DNA of 64,000 bases. Source: Adineta vaga (Eukaryota > Animalia > Rotifera). Both the position numbers and the translations under genes were made by a program. Of this stretch, positions 38,721-50,533 are shown one piece after another. Location of the stretch: assembly GCA_021613535.1 (NCBI GenBank), contig CP075496.1, forward strand, positions 14,508,001-14,572,000, written 5' to 3'. Numbering within the stretch: position 1 is the first letter of the stretch; each line of letters starts with the position of its first letter. The notes below the pieces were generated by a model. It was not told where the DNA came from, ran no database searches, and saw only the letters and a program-made list of their open reading frames with translations.

Positions 38721-39878
38721 ATGGTTCGATATCTTACGTTAATAATATTCTTTTTGTGTTTATTCAAATCCAATTCATTAAAAGACTCATCGAAACCACC
38801 AATAATATTTATTCCTGGTTTTCTTTGTAGTTTATTAGAAGTTCGTGTTAATACAACAATTCAAACATTATGTCCAAAATCTCTTGATAATCAATGGATT
38901 CTTCTTTGGTTAAATATTCGTTTTTTTGAACCTGAATATTTATTATGTTTTCATAAGATATTTTCATTAATTTATAATAAAACATCCAATGAATTTGAAA
39001 ATGATTTAGGTGTTGAAACACGTCTTGTAACAAATTCTTCATCAAGTTCATTTTTAAATGGTTTATTATGGGAATATATTGATTTAGATAAATTTCTTTA
39101 TCATTTTCTTTCTAAACATCAATATATTGATGGAATTAATTTATGATTTTCGACATGGAATAAATAAAAGTTTGAATTTATTTTCGAAAAGATTAAAAGA
39201 ATTAATTGAAATAACTTAATAAGTCATAGTTTAGGTGGATCAATGATATTAGATTTTTTAACAAAACAAACACAAATATGGAAAGATCAATATATAAATA
39301 GTTGGATTTCATTAAGTGCAAACATAGCGGGTGGAATTGATAATATTCAAAGTTTAATTCAAGGTTTTGTTTCTCCATTAATTCCACATCAAATTCTTCA
39401 GTCATGGGATTTTTATGCATGGCGTTTACCAAATTCATTTATTTATGGTTCGAAAAGAATTTTAATAAAAAGTCCATCAAAAAATTATACTTCCTATGAT
39501 TTATATTCTTTTTTAAATCAAATAAATGCAAATAATCTTGCTCAAGTTTATCTTAATTCATCATTAATTCTTTCATCACTTCCACCACCAAATGTTAATA
39601 CATTTTATTTTTTTGGTACAAATATTTCAACACCACTTCAATATATTTCTTCAACAGATAGTTTTAGTAAAAAAATTCAAATTCTTTATGGATCAGGTGA
39701 TGGAGAACTTGATGATACAAATCATTTGTCTTCTCATTTATGGAATAAAACAATGAATCCAAAATATAAACTTTTTATTAAATCTTTTCAACATGTTACT
39801 CATGTGGGTTTAATTTCAAATCAAAATCTTCTTCAACAAATTGATCAAATTATTTTCAATTCTTTGAATTTAAAATGA
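38721..39878 (+). pseudogene. LCAT / lysosomal phospholipase A2 (PLA2G15)-like, disrupted at ~39140-39220
   Basis: Signal peptide, PPIIFIPGFLCSLLE, YDFR, ISHSLGG nucleophile elbow, GDG and HVGL. The expected GAP before YDFR and the strand before SHS are missing and the frame is broken. Confidence 0.75.
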
Positions 39879-39916
39879 AAAGAATAAGATTATGTTTTAA
39901 TAACTATCTTGTATAT

Positions 39917-40005
39917 CCGAACTTAGCTCAGTTGGCAGAGCGGTAGGCTGTAATGGACATTTCATAGAAACCTATAGGTCCCCAGTTCAAATCTGGGAGT
40001 TCGGA
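39917..40005 (+). tRNA. tRNA-Tyr(GTA) with 16-nt intron, copy 1
   Basis: CCGAACT/AGTTCGG acceptor stem, D arm GCTC/GAGC, anticodon arm GTAGG-CTGTAA[intron]A-CCTAT, T arm CCCAG-TTCAAAT-CTGGG, oligo-T terminator. Confidence 0.95.
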
Positions 40006-40475
40006 TTTAACCTTTTTTCTTTTTTTTTTCTTTCTTTCCTTCTCTCTCTCTCGAAATATATTTATATGAAATACTATTAGTCTATCTTTTGATTTCTAAT
40101 AAGACAAATTTATAAAATCTTACACGATAGAACATTTTAAAAATCGCTCAATACAATAAATTGATATAAAATAATGGAATCTATCGGATATACTTCATCT
40201 GAACTCACAACGATTTGAATATAATATAAATACTTAGATTTTTATTCAGGATATTCACAAAGAAAAAAAATATCACTTATATCATTTTTAAATCCAAAAT
40301 GAAAGATCAATCGTATTCACGTAAAGATGACCAATTGAACGCTTGAATTCCATAAAATCCTCCTCGATTCAATGGATGTGGGTGTGTGCTCTTTACTTCA
40401 ATCTCACTCATCCCCAGAAAATTATCGTTTCAATGATCTGGTTTTTAAGGTAAATTTCGACACGTACAGATATAT

Positions 40476-40564
40476 CCGAACTTAGCTCAGTTGGCAGAGC
40501 GGTAGGCTGTAATGGAGTATTCATAGAAACCTATAGGTCCCCAGTTCAAATCTGGGAGTTCGGA
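40476..40564 (+). tRNA. tRNA-Tyr(GTA) with 16-nt intron, copy 2
   Basis: Exons identical to copy 1; intron TGGAGTATTCATAGAA. Confidence 0.95.
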
Positions 40565-41488
40565 TTTAACCTTTTTTTTTCTTTTTCTTTCTACTAAAAC
40601 AAATGTTATACAAAGATAGTTATTCTTTATTTATTATTGTAGAATTGTTATCTAAGATTATTAAATTCAATTGAAAAGATTCATCGTATTCGTTTGAATA
40701 TAAAATGTAAAATCGAATGTTTTCTTAGTTCAAATAGAACTAAATCGATTTTTCTATCACCATGAAAATAATCAATATATTAAGAAAAAAATACTAAAAG
40801 GAAAGAAAAGGTTCAAGTTATATTTGTAGTAAAACCATTCTGAAAATCGTTCTGGCAAATTTTTCAATTTCATGAATAAATATTTTGAAATGAATTCTCA
40901 TCATGGTAGAAAGTTCCTTTATCAACAATTGAAAATGATGGTAATGAAATAACAAAAATCTTATACTCGAATATTGACTCTGGAATATCGTTCATATCAT
41001 GAAACTTTGTGTCATATTGTGTATGATTGTTATCAAAATGAATTTTATAAAACTGATGGTATGTTTAATCAGACTGTAATTAAGAACAATGAAGATTCGT
41101 TGTAAGGGCTTTATCTTTTTATTATTGTAAAAAATAAAAATCATATCAAACTCAAGTTTTAAAAGATATGTAGCTGATTTTGAGAAAAAAATCCTCGTGT
41201 AAATTCTACACAATACGTTAATTAAAAGAAGCTCATATGAAAAGATTTTCTTTTTCCTACAATTAATTTCGAGTATTTTCTCAAAGACTTCGAAAAGATG
41301 AATTCTTAGAAAAAACCTATTCGAAAATAAATATTAAGATTTTCTTTTATTAATACGTAACAACATTTCATATCGAATGTTTTTCTCGAAAAAAATCAAT
41401 AGAAATTTCATTTTGTTTTCTATCAATTGAAAATCATCGTTTTGAATGATCTGGTTTTTAAGGTAAACTTCGACGCGTACAAACATAT

Positions 41489-41577
41489 CCGAACTTAGCT
41501 CAGTTGGCAGAGCGGTAGGCTGTAATGGACTATTCATAGAAACCTATAGGTCCCCAGTTCAAATCTGGGAGTTCGGA
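41489..41577 (+). tRNA. tRNA-Tyr(GTA) with 16-nt intron, copy 3
   Basis: Exons identical; intron TGGACTATTCATAGAA. Confidence 0.95.
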
Positions 41578-42221
41578 TTTAACCTTTTTCTTTTCTTTTT
41601 CTTTTTTTAAGAAAAAGGTATTCATTAGATATCTTTATAGAATCGAGAAGAAATTATTTTTATGTTTGTACTTTAAACAGAAAAGTTCCGAATATATGAA
41701 ATGGTACGTAAAATCGGTGTGAAGCTAGCACCACGAAAGCTTGCACGAAAAACAAAGATTTATATGAATATCTTTCTTTGTATTTTCTTAATGATTGATT
41801 TATTTGCTAAATATATGATATGAACGATTATTTTGAATAATGTCGAGTTTGTAAATGATTCATCTAGATGAATAACTTTATGTATAGGCAATTAAAGAAT
41901 ATTTGTTCAGACAGCTCCGATGAATCAACTCTTATAGTGCAAATTCAAAGTACAGAATAAGATTTCTTACTCATTCAGATGATTAATCATGAATTTGTTT
42001 TTCTAGAATCTATCAAATAATCGTTATATCAAAAAAAATGTGCGTATTTTTTCATCCATTTTGTTCTTTCTTAGCAATATATTATGAAATTGGTCTAAAT
42101 AATACATGATGTCATACTTTGATCGAATGAATAATAGAAAAATCGGAATTTTTCTTCTTTCTATAAGAGAAAATAGTCATTTCCTTATATTTGAAGATAC
42201 AGATATTGATCAAAATATATT

Positions 42222-43802
42222 ATGTTTGTAAAAATATTTATTTTCTCGTTAATAATTTATTATGGTGTCACTAGTTTTCAAGCAAAAGATTTCTATGTCA
42301 AAGACTTACCTCTTTTACCAAAATCTGAATCTTCTATTCAAATGCATGCAGGACATTTACCAGGTTAATTCAAAGATGATGGTTCTCTATTTTTTTGGCA
42401 TTTTGCGAAGAAATTCTCAAGTGATAAATCAAGAACAGTCATTTGGTTAAACGGAGGTCCTGGTCAAAGTAGTCTCATGGGAGCTTGGACAGAAATTGGT
42501 CCTTTTCGCTTTCTCAATAAAGATACAATAGTGACAAATAATGAATCATGGCATCTCTATGTGAATCTTTTATTCATTGATCAACCAATTGGCACTGGTT
42601 TTTCTTATGTTAATCGAGGTGAATTGATAAAAGAACTCGATACAATGACAGAACATTTTGTTGGTTTTCTTGATCGATATGTTGAAATTTTTCCTGAATT
42701 ACTTGAACAAGATCTTTATTTAGCTGGTGAATCATTTGCTGGTCAATATATTCCTTATATTGCACAAGCAATTCTTAAAAAACGATCCTTATTCAAATTA
42801 CGTGGACTTCTAATTGGAAGTGGATGGATTGATCCTGTTTCTCTTTATAATTCATATGTACCATATGCAATTTTAAACGATTTAGTACAAAACGATTCAG
42901 TACTGCATAGAAATATTACTCGACTAGTTACTATATGTCAAGATATATTGTCGAAACAAGTACATATTTTTGTTGATTTATGTTTAGCTCTTCTTTATGA
43001 GATAATAAATAATGGTACAAGACGTGGAAATAATGAAGAAGATTCATGTACCAATGTTTATGATATACGATTAAATGCGAAAAAACCTCTATGTGGAATG
43101 AATGGACCACCTGAACTTGAATATGTTTCTGCTTATTTAAATCGACGTGATGTTATGTCGAGTATTCATTTAAATGAAAAGAAATCTCAATGGAAAGATT
43201 TTACAGAATCAGTTTATAATGCATTGGAAGCAATAGATTCTAAACCATCGATTGATTTCTTGCCTGCATTACTTCAACAAATTCCAATCTTATTCTTTAA
43301 TGGTGAATATGATTTCATTTGTAATCATATTGCAACAGAAAATATGTTGAATAAAATGATATGGAACGGTGAAATTGGATTCAATTTAGGAAATGGAAAA
43401 GTGGCTCCAATCTATGAATGGATCGTAGATGATATATCTGCAGGTTACATACGATATGCACGTAATTTAACGTATATTCTTTTTTATAATGCTGGTCATA
43501 TGGTACCTTATGATCAGGCACATCGCTCGCGTATTATGTTACATCAATTTATACAATTAACTTTAAATTATTCTAACAATCAAACAAAAGATAATAATCA
43601 TACAAGAATTTATTATTCAATACCAATTATATTCACAGTGATCTTTAGTATAATTCTGCTTAGTATCATTCGATATTTTGTTCTCAAACAACAAAAATGT
43701 GTGAGAATCGCTTCTGTTCATCATTCTTATATATTTCAATCAGGACAACAATTAGAAACATATTCAGCTTTGAAGAATATCAAAGATGATGATTTCGTAT
43801 GA
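42222..43802 (+). CDS. Serine carboxypeptidase S10, Kex1-like with C-terminal TM, intronless; in-frame TAA at 42366-42368
   Basis: Signal peptide from ATG 42222, then DFYVKDLP, MHAGHL, WLNGGPG, DQPIGTGFS, GESFAG, GEYDFIC, AGHMVP and a TM segment near the C-terminus. Confidence 0.85.
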
Positions 43803-43883
43803 CACACATTGAATCTAACCAGAATATATTTATTTTCTTCTTTTATTTTTCTTTAGTCACGATAAATTTAGTAAAATAAGGAT

Positions 43884-43931
43884 ATCTTGAGGGTGTGAGG
43901 TGTAGGTGTTTTTTCAATTTAACCCACACCC
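43884..43931. repeat. Short repeat with telomere-like arms
   Basis: atcttgagggtgtgaggtgtaggtg...aacccacaccc. Confidence 0.6.
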
Positions 43932-44147
43932 ATTTTCTTATACTATCCAATCGTACATGATTTCTTATCTTTACTTTTGTACAAGATTGACTAGTCAATT
44001 CTATCGTATTCGTCTTTTATTTTCTAAATAAAACAAGTCAGTATATGTATATATCCATTGTATTGATCGATATTTTATTTCGACGACAACATTTTCATTA
44101 GTTCTGATCGATTAAATAACGTAAAATAATAGAATTCTATTCTTAGA

Positions 44148-44771
44148 ATGAATTTTTATATTAGTATTTTCATCATTACTATTATTGTCATCGTAAATTC
44201 ATCAAAATTAGAAGTTTCATTATCAAGAATTGAACATGATTCTCATGAAATAACAAAATTAATCCAAAAATCTTATACTCAAATCATGTCTTCAAATTAT
44301 CAAGACTTTCGAGATCTTCTTTGTCGTGCTGTTAATGATTGTTGTCTGCGCGAAGATGATAAACATCGTGCTATGTATAATGATGTGAATTTATTCAGAA
44401 GTTGTTCACCAAAAGAAATCAACATGAGAAATTTATTTGATCGATCAAAATGTGAATTATCATTTAATCGATATTCGACAGCTAAAGCTGTAGTACAAAA
44501 TGAACCAATATATTTTCTTTCTGAAACTGTTCGTAAAGATTCACATCGTCAAAAACGATTGCTCGAATGGTTTACAATAATGAGTGTATCTTGTATTGAT
44601 AATGAATATTATGTCTATTATTGTCAAAGAGATAATTATGAACAATTAAGATTATGTCAAATGGAAGTTTTAAAACAAGCAGCTGATTTAGGAAGTTATC
44701 CTAGAATAAATTATACACAATATCTCAATCAACTCAAAGAAGATCATACAAAAGGATTTTCCATTTATTAA
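44148..44771 (+). CDS. Secreted cysteine-containing helical protein of unknown function, intronless
   Basis: Signal-peptide-like N-terminus, 8 Cys including CC, 207-aa ORF. Confidence 0.7.
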   Translation: MNFYISIFIITIIVIVNSSKLEVSLSRIEHDSHEITKLIQKSYTQIMSSNYQDFRDLLCRAVNDCCLREDDKHRAMYNDVNLFRSCSPKEINMRNLFDRSKCELSFNRYSTAKAVVQNEPIYFLSETVRKDSHRQKRLLEWFTIMSVSCIDNEYYVYYCQRDNYEQLRLCQMEVLKQAADLGSYPRINYTQYLNQLKEDHTKGFSIY

Positions 44772-44993
44772 AATTTAATCAAATCTTCTTTTTTCTTCTC
44801 TAAAAAATTCATGTTTCACTTCTTTAATCATTCAAATATTAATAAAGACCAATATTCTCTTAAAGATCTTCGCTGTAGATTAATCAATAATTCGATTTAT
44901 TTAAAGAAAATATCACTTTTTAAATATAAATTCGAATAAAAATAGATTTTCTTTTATTTTCATGCAATTACCCAAGCAGACAAAGGTTTAGAA

Positions 44994-45263
44994 AAACGCA
45001 CAATCGGGAACCGCGATTGTAAGCCATTCACGCTGATTAATAAAACGTCGAAAACGCCGTTTTTTACGTTAAATTATCTCTTTTAGAGCGTTAAAACGTG
45101 CTATTGTTCTAGAATTTTAAAAACATGGGTTTAGACGCTAAAAATGGGAGTTTTTCATCGTTTTAACGCTCTAAAAGAGATAATTTAACGTAAAAAACGG
45201 CGTTTCCGACGTTTTATTAATCAGCGTGAATGGCCCACAATCGCGGTTCCCGATTGTGCGTTT
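44994..45263. mobile_element. Foldback element with ~110 bp near-perfect inverted arms
   Basis: aaacgcacaatcgggaaccgcgattgt...gagcgttaaaacg is mirrored at 45159-45263. Confidence 0.85.
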
Positions 45264-45389
45264 AAACGCGGCAATTATAGTTGACACAGAATTTTCTTTT
45301 TTCGTAGTATCTCAATTGGTTATGATCGATTCAAAATCATATTTGAATTGCCTAGTTTTTGAGGGAACTTTTCATACGAATAGATATAT

Positions 45390-45478
45390 CCGAACTTAGC
45401 TCAGTTGGCAGAGCGGTAGGCTGTAATGGATTATTCATAGAAACCTATAGGTCCCCAGTTCAAATCTGGGAGTTCGGA
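45390..45478 (+). tRNA. tRNA-Tyr(GTA) with 16-nt intron, copy 4
   Basis: Exons identical; intron TGGATTATTCATAGAA. Confidence 0.95.
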
Positions 45479-45868
45479 TTTAACCTTTTTTCTTTTTTTC
45501 CTACGTAAAACAATGTTGTCGAGAGAAATAGAAAAAAAGGTTTTTATCTTATTTTTCAAATATAACACGTGGAAATATGTTGGAAAATATCAAGTTAATT
45601 TTCTTAGGTTTTAAATATTGAATAGAAATTTCATTGTTTAGTTTCAAATTGATTTCTTTATCGGATAAAAATAAAATTTTTGCAAAAATAATCTATTCAA
45701 AAAATCTGTTGAAATTCAAATTGGAATAAAAATGAGTCATCAATGACGAATATTGTGTAAGATTTGTTGAATAAAAGGAGAATTTTTTCTTATTTTCAAC
45801 GAAGTCTTTTTTATGTCAATGTGAATCAACGTTTCTTTTCTTCTTTATTTAGATTTTTTGTGATAAAA

Positions 45869-46656
45869 ATGCATTCTGATTTAACAACTGATTTATCATT
45901 AATTCGTTCAAATTTATCGAAAAGAAAATTAGATCAAGAAAATGTTGTTTTATTATCAACAGGTTCATTAAATCCTGTTCATCGTTCACATCTTTCGAAT
46001 TTAATACGAACAAAAGAATATCTTGAAAAGAATTGTCATTTTAATGTTCTTGGAGGATTTCTTTCTCCATCACATAATGAATATGTTCGAAGTAAATTAA
46101 AAAATCAATTTCTCGATGGAAAATTACGAATTGAATTATGTCAAAATGCTATTGAAGAAGAAAATCAACAAGATTGGTTATCAGTTGATAAAGCTGAGTG
46201 TATGGGTAATAAATTTCAATGTTTTCTTTTCCTTTTTCAAAAGATTTCTTTTATTTTATTTTAGCATCTCGTTTTATTAGTTTAGATGGAGTTACATTAA
46301 GTTTAAAAATGTATTTAAATGAAAATATTCCATTAGAAAAATCGATTCGTGTTATTTATGTTGCTGGTTTAGATTTATTTAATCGTTGTCATGGAATGAA
46401 TCGTTTAAGAAAAAAACCATTAGATGGTCTTGCTGTTGTTTATCGACATGGAGAAGATCAATCATTCATTCAATCATTTCTTAATAAAACTGATCAAAAT
46501 ATAATATTTATTCCATTTGATGAAAAAGATTCCAAACAATTAATGAATATAAGTTCAACATTAATACGAGAAAAACTTCAATTAAATCAAGATTGTTCTC
46601 ATTTAACTTATCATTCTGTATTGAAATATTTTCAATATAAAACAATGGATGAATAA
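45869..46656 (+). CDS. NMNAT-like nucleotidyltransferase (cytidylyltransferase superfamily), 2 exons
   Basis: TGSLNPVHRSH (HxGH-like), GGFLSPSHNEYV, YVAGLDL and ISSTLIR; intron 46206-46264. Confidence 0.82.
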
Positions 46657-46685
46657 AATCTTATTTCAATAACTATCTTGTATAT

Positions 46686-46774
46686 CCGAACTTAGCTCAG
46701 TTGGCAGAGCGGTAGGCTGTAATGGATTATTCATAGAAACCTATAGGTCCCCAGTTCAAATCTGGGAGTTCGGA
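46686..46774 (+). tRNA. tRNA-Tyr(GTA) with 16-nt intron, copy 5
   Basis: Exons identical; intron identical to copy 4. Confidence 0.95.
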
Positions 46775-46928
46775 TTTAACCTTTTTTTTTCTTTTTCTTG
46801 TTATATTTTTTTATTTAAAAGATTAAAAAAAGAAGAACGAAAACTACAGATGAAAATAAAAAGACTTTTGTGAATTTTAGTTTTTTTTCAAAAAAAAAGA
46901 AAGTTAAATTGTAAAATGAATATTGTAT

Positions 46929-48020
46929 TTAAAGTAAAGCTTTACACTCTGTACTTTCTCTTTCATCACAAAGTGCAGCTGCATCTTTATCTTCATTATT
47001 TCGAATTGTTTTATCCGCATTAGCAGCAACTAATGATTTAACAATACTTGGTTTATTAAAGAAACAAGCAACCATTAATGGAGTATTTCCTCGTTGATCT
47101 TTAGCATTTACATCTAAACCAGCTTTAATTAAAATATCCACACAATTTGGACTATCGACCATTCCTAAATAAATTGAAATATATTTCAAAATATTGTTTC
47201 TTTCAAAGAAAACAAACCAGCAGCAGCAAAATGTAAAACAGTTCCACCAGTTTCATTTTTAACATCAAGTTGTGTTGTTTTATAATTAACTAATTTCTGT
47301 AAAATTTGATCACGATTTTGTCTTGCAGCAATACTAATTGCTCTTTCACCTAAGAAAACAGCATTAGGATCAACTTTTGCTTCAATCAATGCATCTAAAC
47401 ATTCTGGACGATCATTAATTGCAGCTCTAAATAAGAAATATTTAAATAAATAAAATAAAAATCAATTTAATTGAATTACTTATGAACTGGTGTTAATTGA
47501 TGTTTATCAGGATGATTAACATTAGCACCTTTAGCAATCATTTGTCTAATAAGATCTGCTCTTTGTGTTTCAGTTAATGTTTGTCCTTTATATGGTCCAT
47601 CAACAAGAATATGAATAGCTGTTAAATCATGTTCAGTTTCAGTTTGATCTGGTTTTGCACCATTCTTTTTTTTAAAATCAAAATTTTACTTCTTTAAATC
47701 ATTATTTCAATAAAACTTACATCAAGTAAAAATTTGATTGTATCATAATCTCCTTCAAAACAAGCGATGATTAGTGGTGGAACTTTCGCACGAGATTCTC
47801 CTGTTTTATCATCGTAAATATCAACTAAATCTGATGCCGAATGCTCTCCAAGTGCTGCTTTTAATTTAGATAATTTTGCATCGGCAGCTGCTGATCGATC
47901 AATACTCCAGATTTCTTGTAAAATTGCACTATGTTTATTATAAAATGGATGATCTTTACGACTTAAAAAGAAAAAGAAAAAGATATGAAGAAAATTGTTT
48001 TTCTTTGTTTTTTACCTCAT
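46929..48020 (-). CDS. Ankyrin-repeat protein, multi-exon
   Basis: PPLIIAC, GANVNHPDKHQLTPVH, GGTVLHFAA and GNTPLMVAC across short exons. Confidence 0.85.
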
Positions 48021-48626
48021 AATTTTGTTTTTCTTTGAATTAATGAGAAAGTTAAATGCGAGTACAAATCATAAAAAAAGGGTTTCTTCTATGTCTTTAT
48101 ATATATGAATATCTATTAAAGAAAATACGAATCGTCCTTGCGTGACGTTGACGTCGAGAAACAAATGTAGAGGTAAAACTACGTATTTCTTTCATGATTC
48201 AATCTTATTTTTCTTCTTCTTCGTCGTTATTAATCTGATTTATCTGAAGGTGTTGAATATTATTCATTTATGACTAGAATATTCATGGTCATTATATCGA
48301 TATATCATTTTCATTTCACCTTGAAATTACTTTTTTTTTCTTTTCCTTATTTATTATTGAAAAAAAAGGCGAAGAAGAGGAAGATATTTTCTTTTTTTAC
48401 TTAGTTACCTTTGTCGAACTTTTTAATTAGTTTATTCAGTAAAATATAGACGGAAGTTTCTTGAATGATTTCATTGAAGAGTTTATTTTTTTGAAAGAAA
48501 AAAAAATAATGACAAACTAATTATTTGAAAGAGGAAAAAAAAGAAGAAGAAAACGAAAAGAAAAGAAAAATGAAATTCATCTTTTGTTTTTGTTTTTTTG
48601 AAGTAGAATTTCAAAATTGAAATAAA

Positions 48627-50533
48627 TTAAGTTGATTTATTCGAAGATTTCGATCGCCATAATTCATCTGTTGTTGGTTGATTATAAAAATAACATTCAG
48701 ATCCTTTGAAAAAAACAAAATAAAACAAAATCGAATTTAGAATCATATTCAAATTTACTATTTAATGTTTCAAATGATGGTAATGGAGTAGAACTTATAA
48801 CAGGTGTTAAATCTGTATAAAGATTATTTCCTTGCTGCTGCTGCTGTTGTTGTTGCTGTTGCTGTTGAGGAGATTGTCGTTGAAAATGAATTGATTCTTG
48901 TCTTGAATTATCTAAATCAGTTGGACTTGATGACGTTGATGAAGAAAATAATTGTGGATAATTTAATAAAATCATTGATTTATTTGTTAAATTATTTTCT
49001 TTTATTATTATTGATGATTCTTCTTTTGGTAATCGTTCATCTAAATTTTCATTTAAGATTATTTAAAATAAAGTAAAAAGATATAAACCTCTTTGATTTT
49101 GTATAATTGACATTTGTTCAAAAGAAAGAATTGATTGTGGTGATAAAGATATTCGAGAATCTAAAAGAATTGGAGTCGGATTCGCACAAATTACATTGGG
49201 ATTTGATTCAATCGAATAAATTTCATGAGAATTTGAACAATAATATGAAGATTGATTTGGCCATTGATGATTTCTTACACTATCAAAATAATGCTAAAGA
49301 AATCAAATTTTTCTTTTCTTTTCTTAACAAATAGAAAAAATAAATGATTTTACTCGAATAATTTGTTCATCAAGTTGTGTTCTTTGTTGAATTTCATCCA
49401 TTTGTGAAAAATCAGCAAAAGGATTTTGTTGATAAAAATTTTCTAAAATCGATGCTTTTTCTTCTTCAACTGTTATTAAAATTGAATCAGCTAAAACAAA
49501 AAGAAAGAAAAGAAAAGAATAATAAGAAAAAACAAAAACTGAAAAATTTCTACGTGAATCTTTTTGATAAATATTCTCTTGATGATTCCAAGTTGTTTGA
49601 AATTGTTCTTGATAATTATTATCTAAATGAATTGAATCACTTGAATTTGTTGATGAATGACAATCAGTTATTCTTCCATTATTTTCACTACGATTATTTT
49701 CTTCAAGTTTATTTGAACAACATTTTTCTGCTTTTGTTCGAACAATTCTTTTTAAAAGAAAATGAAAAGAAAAAAATTCAAGAAAAAAAGAAGAAGAAGA
49801 TCTTTCTTACCTATTTATTGATGAAACTGATGGTGCTGTTTTTTCATCACAAATTCCATCATTAATTAATTTCGATTTTATTTCCCAAGCAAACATTGTT
49901 GGTTGAGCTTTTTTATAATTTGTAATTGCATTAATTACTTTTGGTGTTGCTACTTTTGGTTTCGATCCTCCAATAACACCTGGACGAATTGAACCTGTTT
50001 GAAGATATCTTTTAAAAAGAAAAGAAAATTCATATTTTTCTCTTAACCAAACGAAAAAGAAAAGATCAAACCTTCCAAGAATTTTTGAAACACAACCATG
50101 TGAAACTTTTAATTGTCTTGAAATATCACATGGTCGAATTCCTTGTTGATTTAAAGCAACAATTTGTTGTCGAACAACATCAGGTAATGGTCGACCATTG
50201 ACAAATAAACCACCCAATTGATTGATTCCACCATGACCTGTTGTTTTTTTTTAAATAAAAATAAAAGATTTTGTTAATAAATAAAAACATACCATCTTCA
50301 TTTGAAGTATCTTTTGATGGTTGTCTTGTTAAACCTTTTTTGGGGAATAGAAAATGAAATAAAAAGAAATTGAAAATGAAATTCTTACGTCTTCTTTGAT
50401 TGATATGATTTCTTGAATGAAATTGTATATCTGATGTATTTCGATTTGAATGACATGAATTATCCAATGAAAATCTTTTTGGATCATAATTAATCATTGA
50501 ATTATCATTTATGTATTCATCATTATCAACCAT
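48627..50533 (-). CDS. Pax2/5/8: Paired-box transcription factor, Pax2/5/8 class
   Basis: Paired domain [54 protein letters not shown] and PSVSSINR; polyQ near the C-terminus. Confidence 0.88.

Noticed and set aside
39917-46774. Identical repeats with variable spacers as a CRISPR array or integron
   Set aside because: The repeats fold as intron-containing tRNA-Tyr, spacers are 0.5-3.8 kb, and no cas or integrase gene is present.
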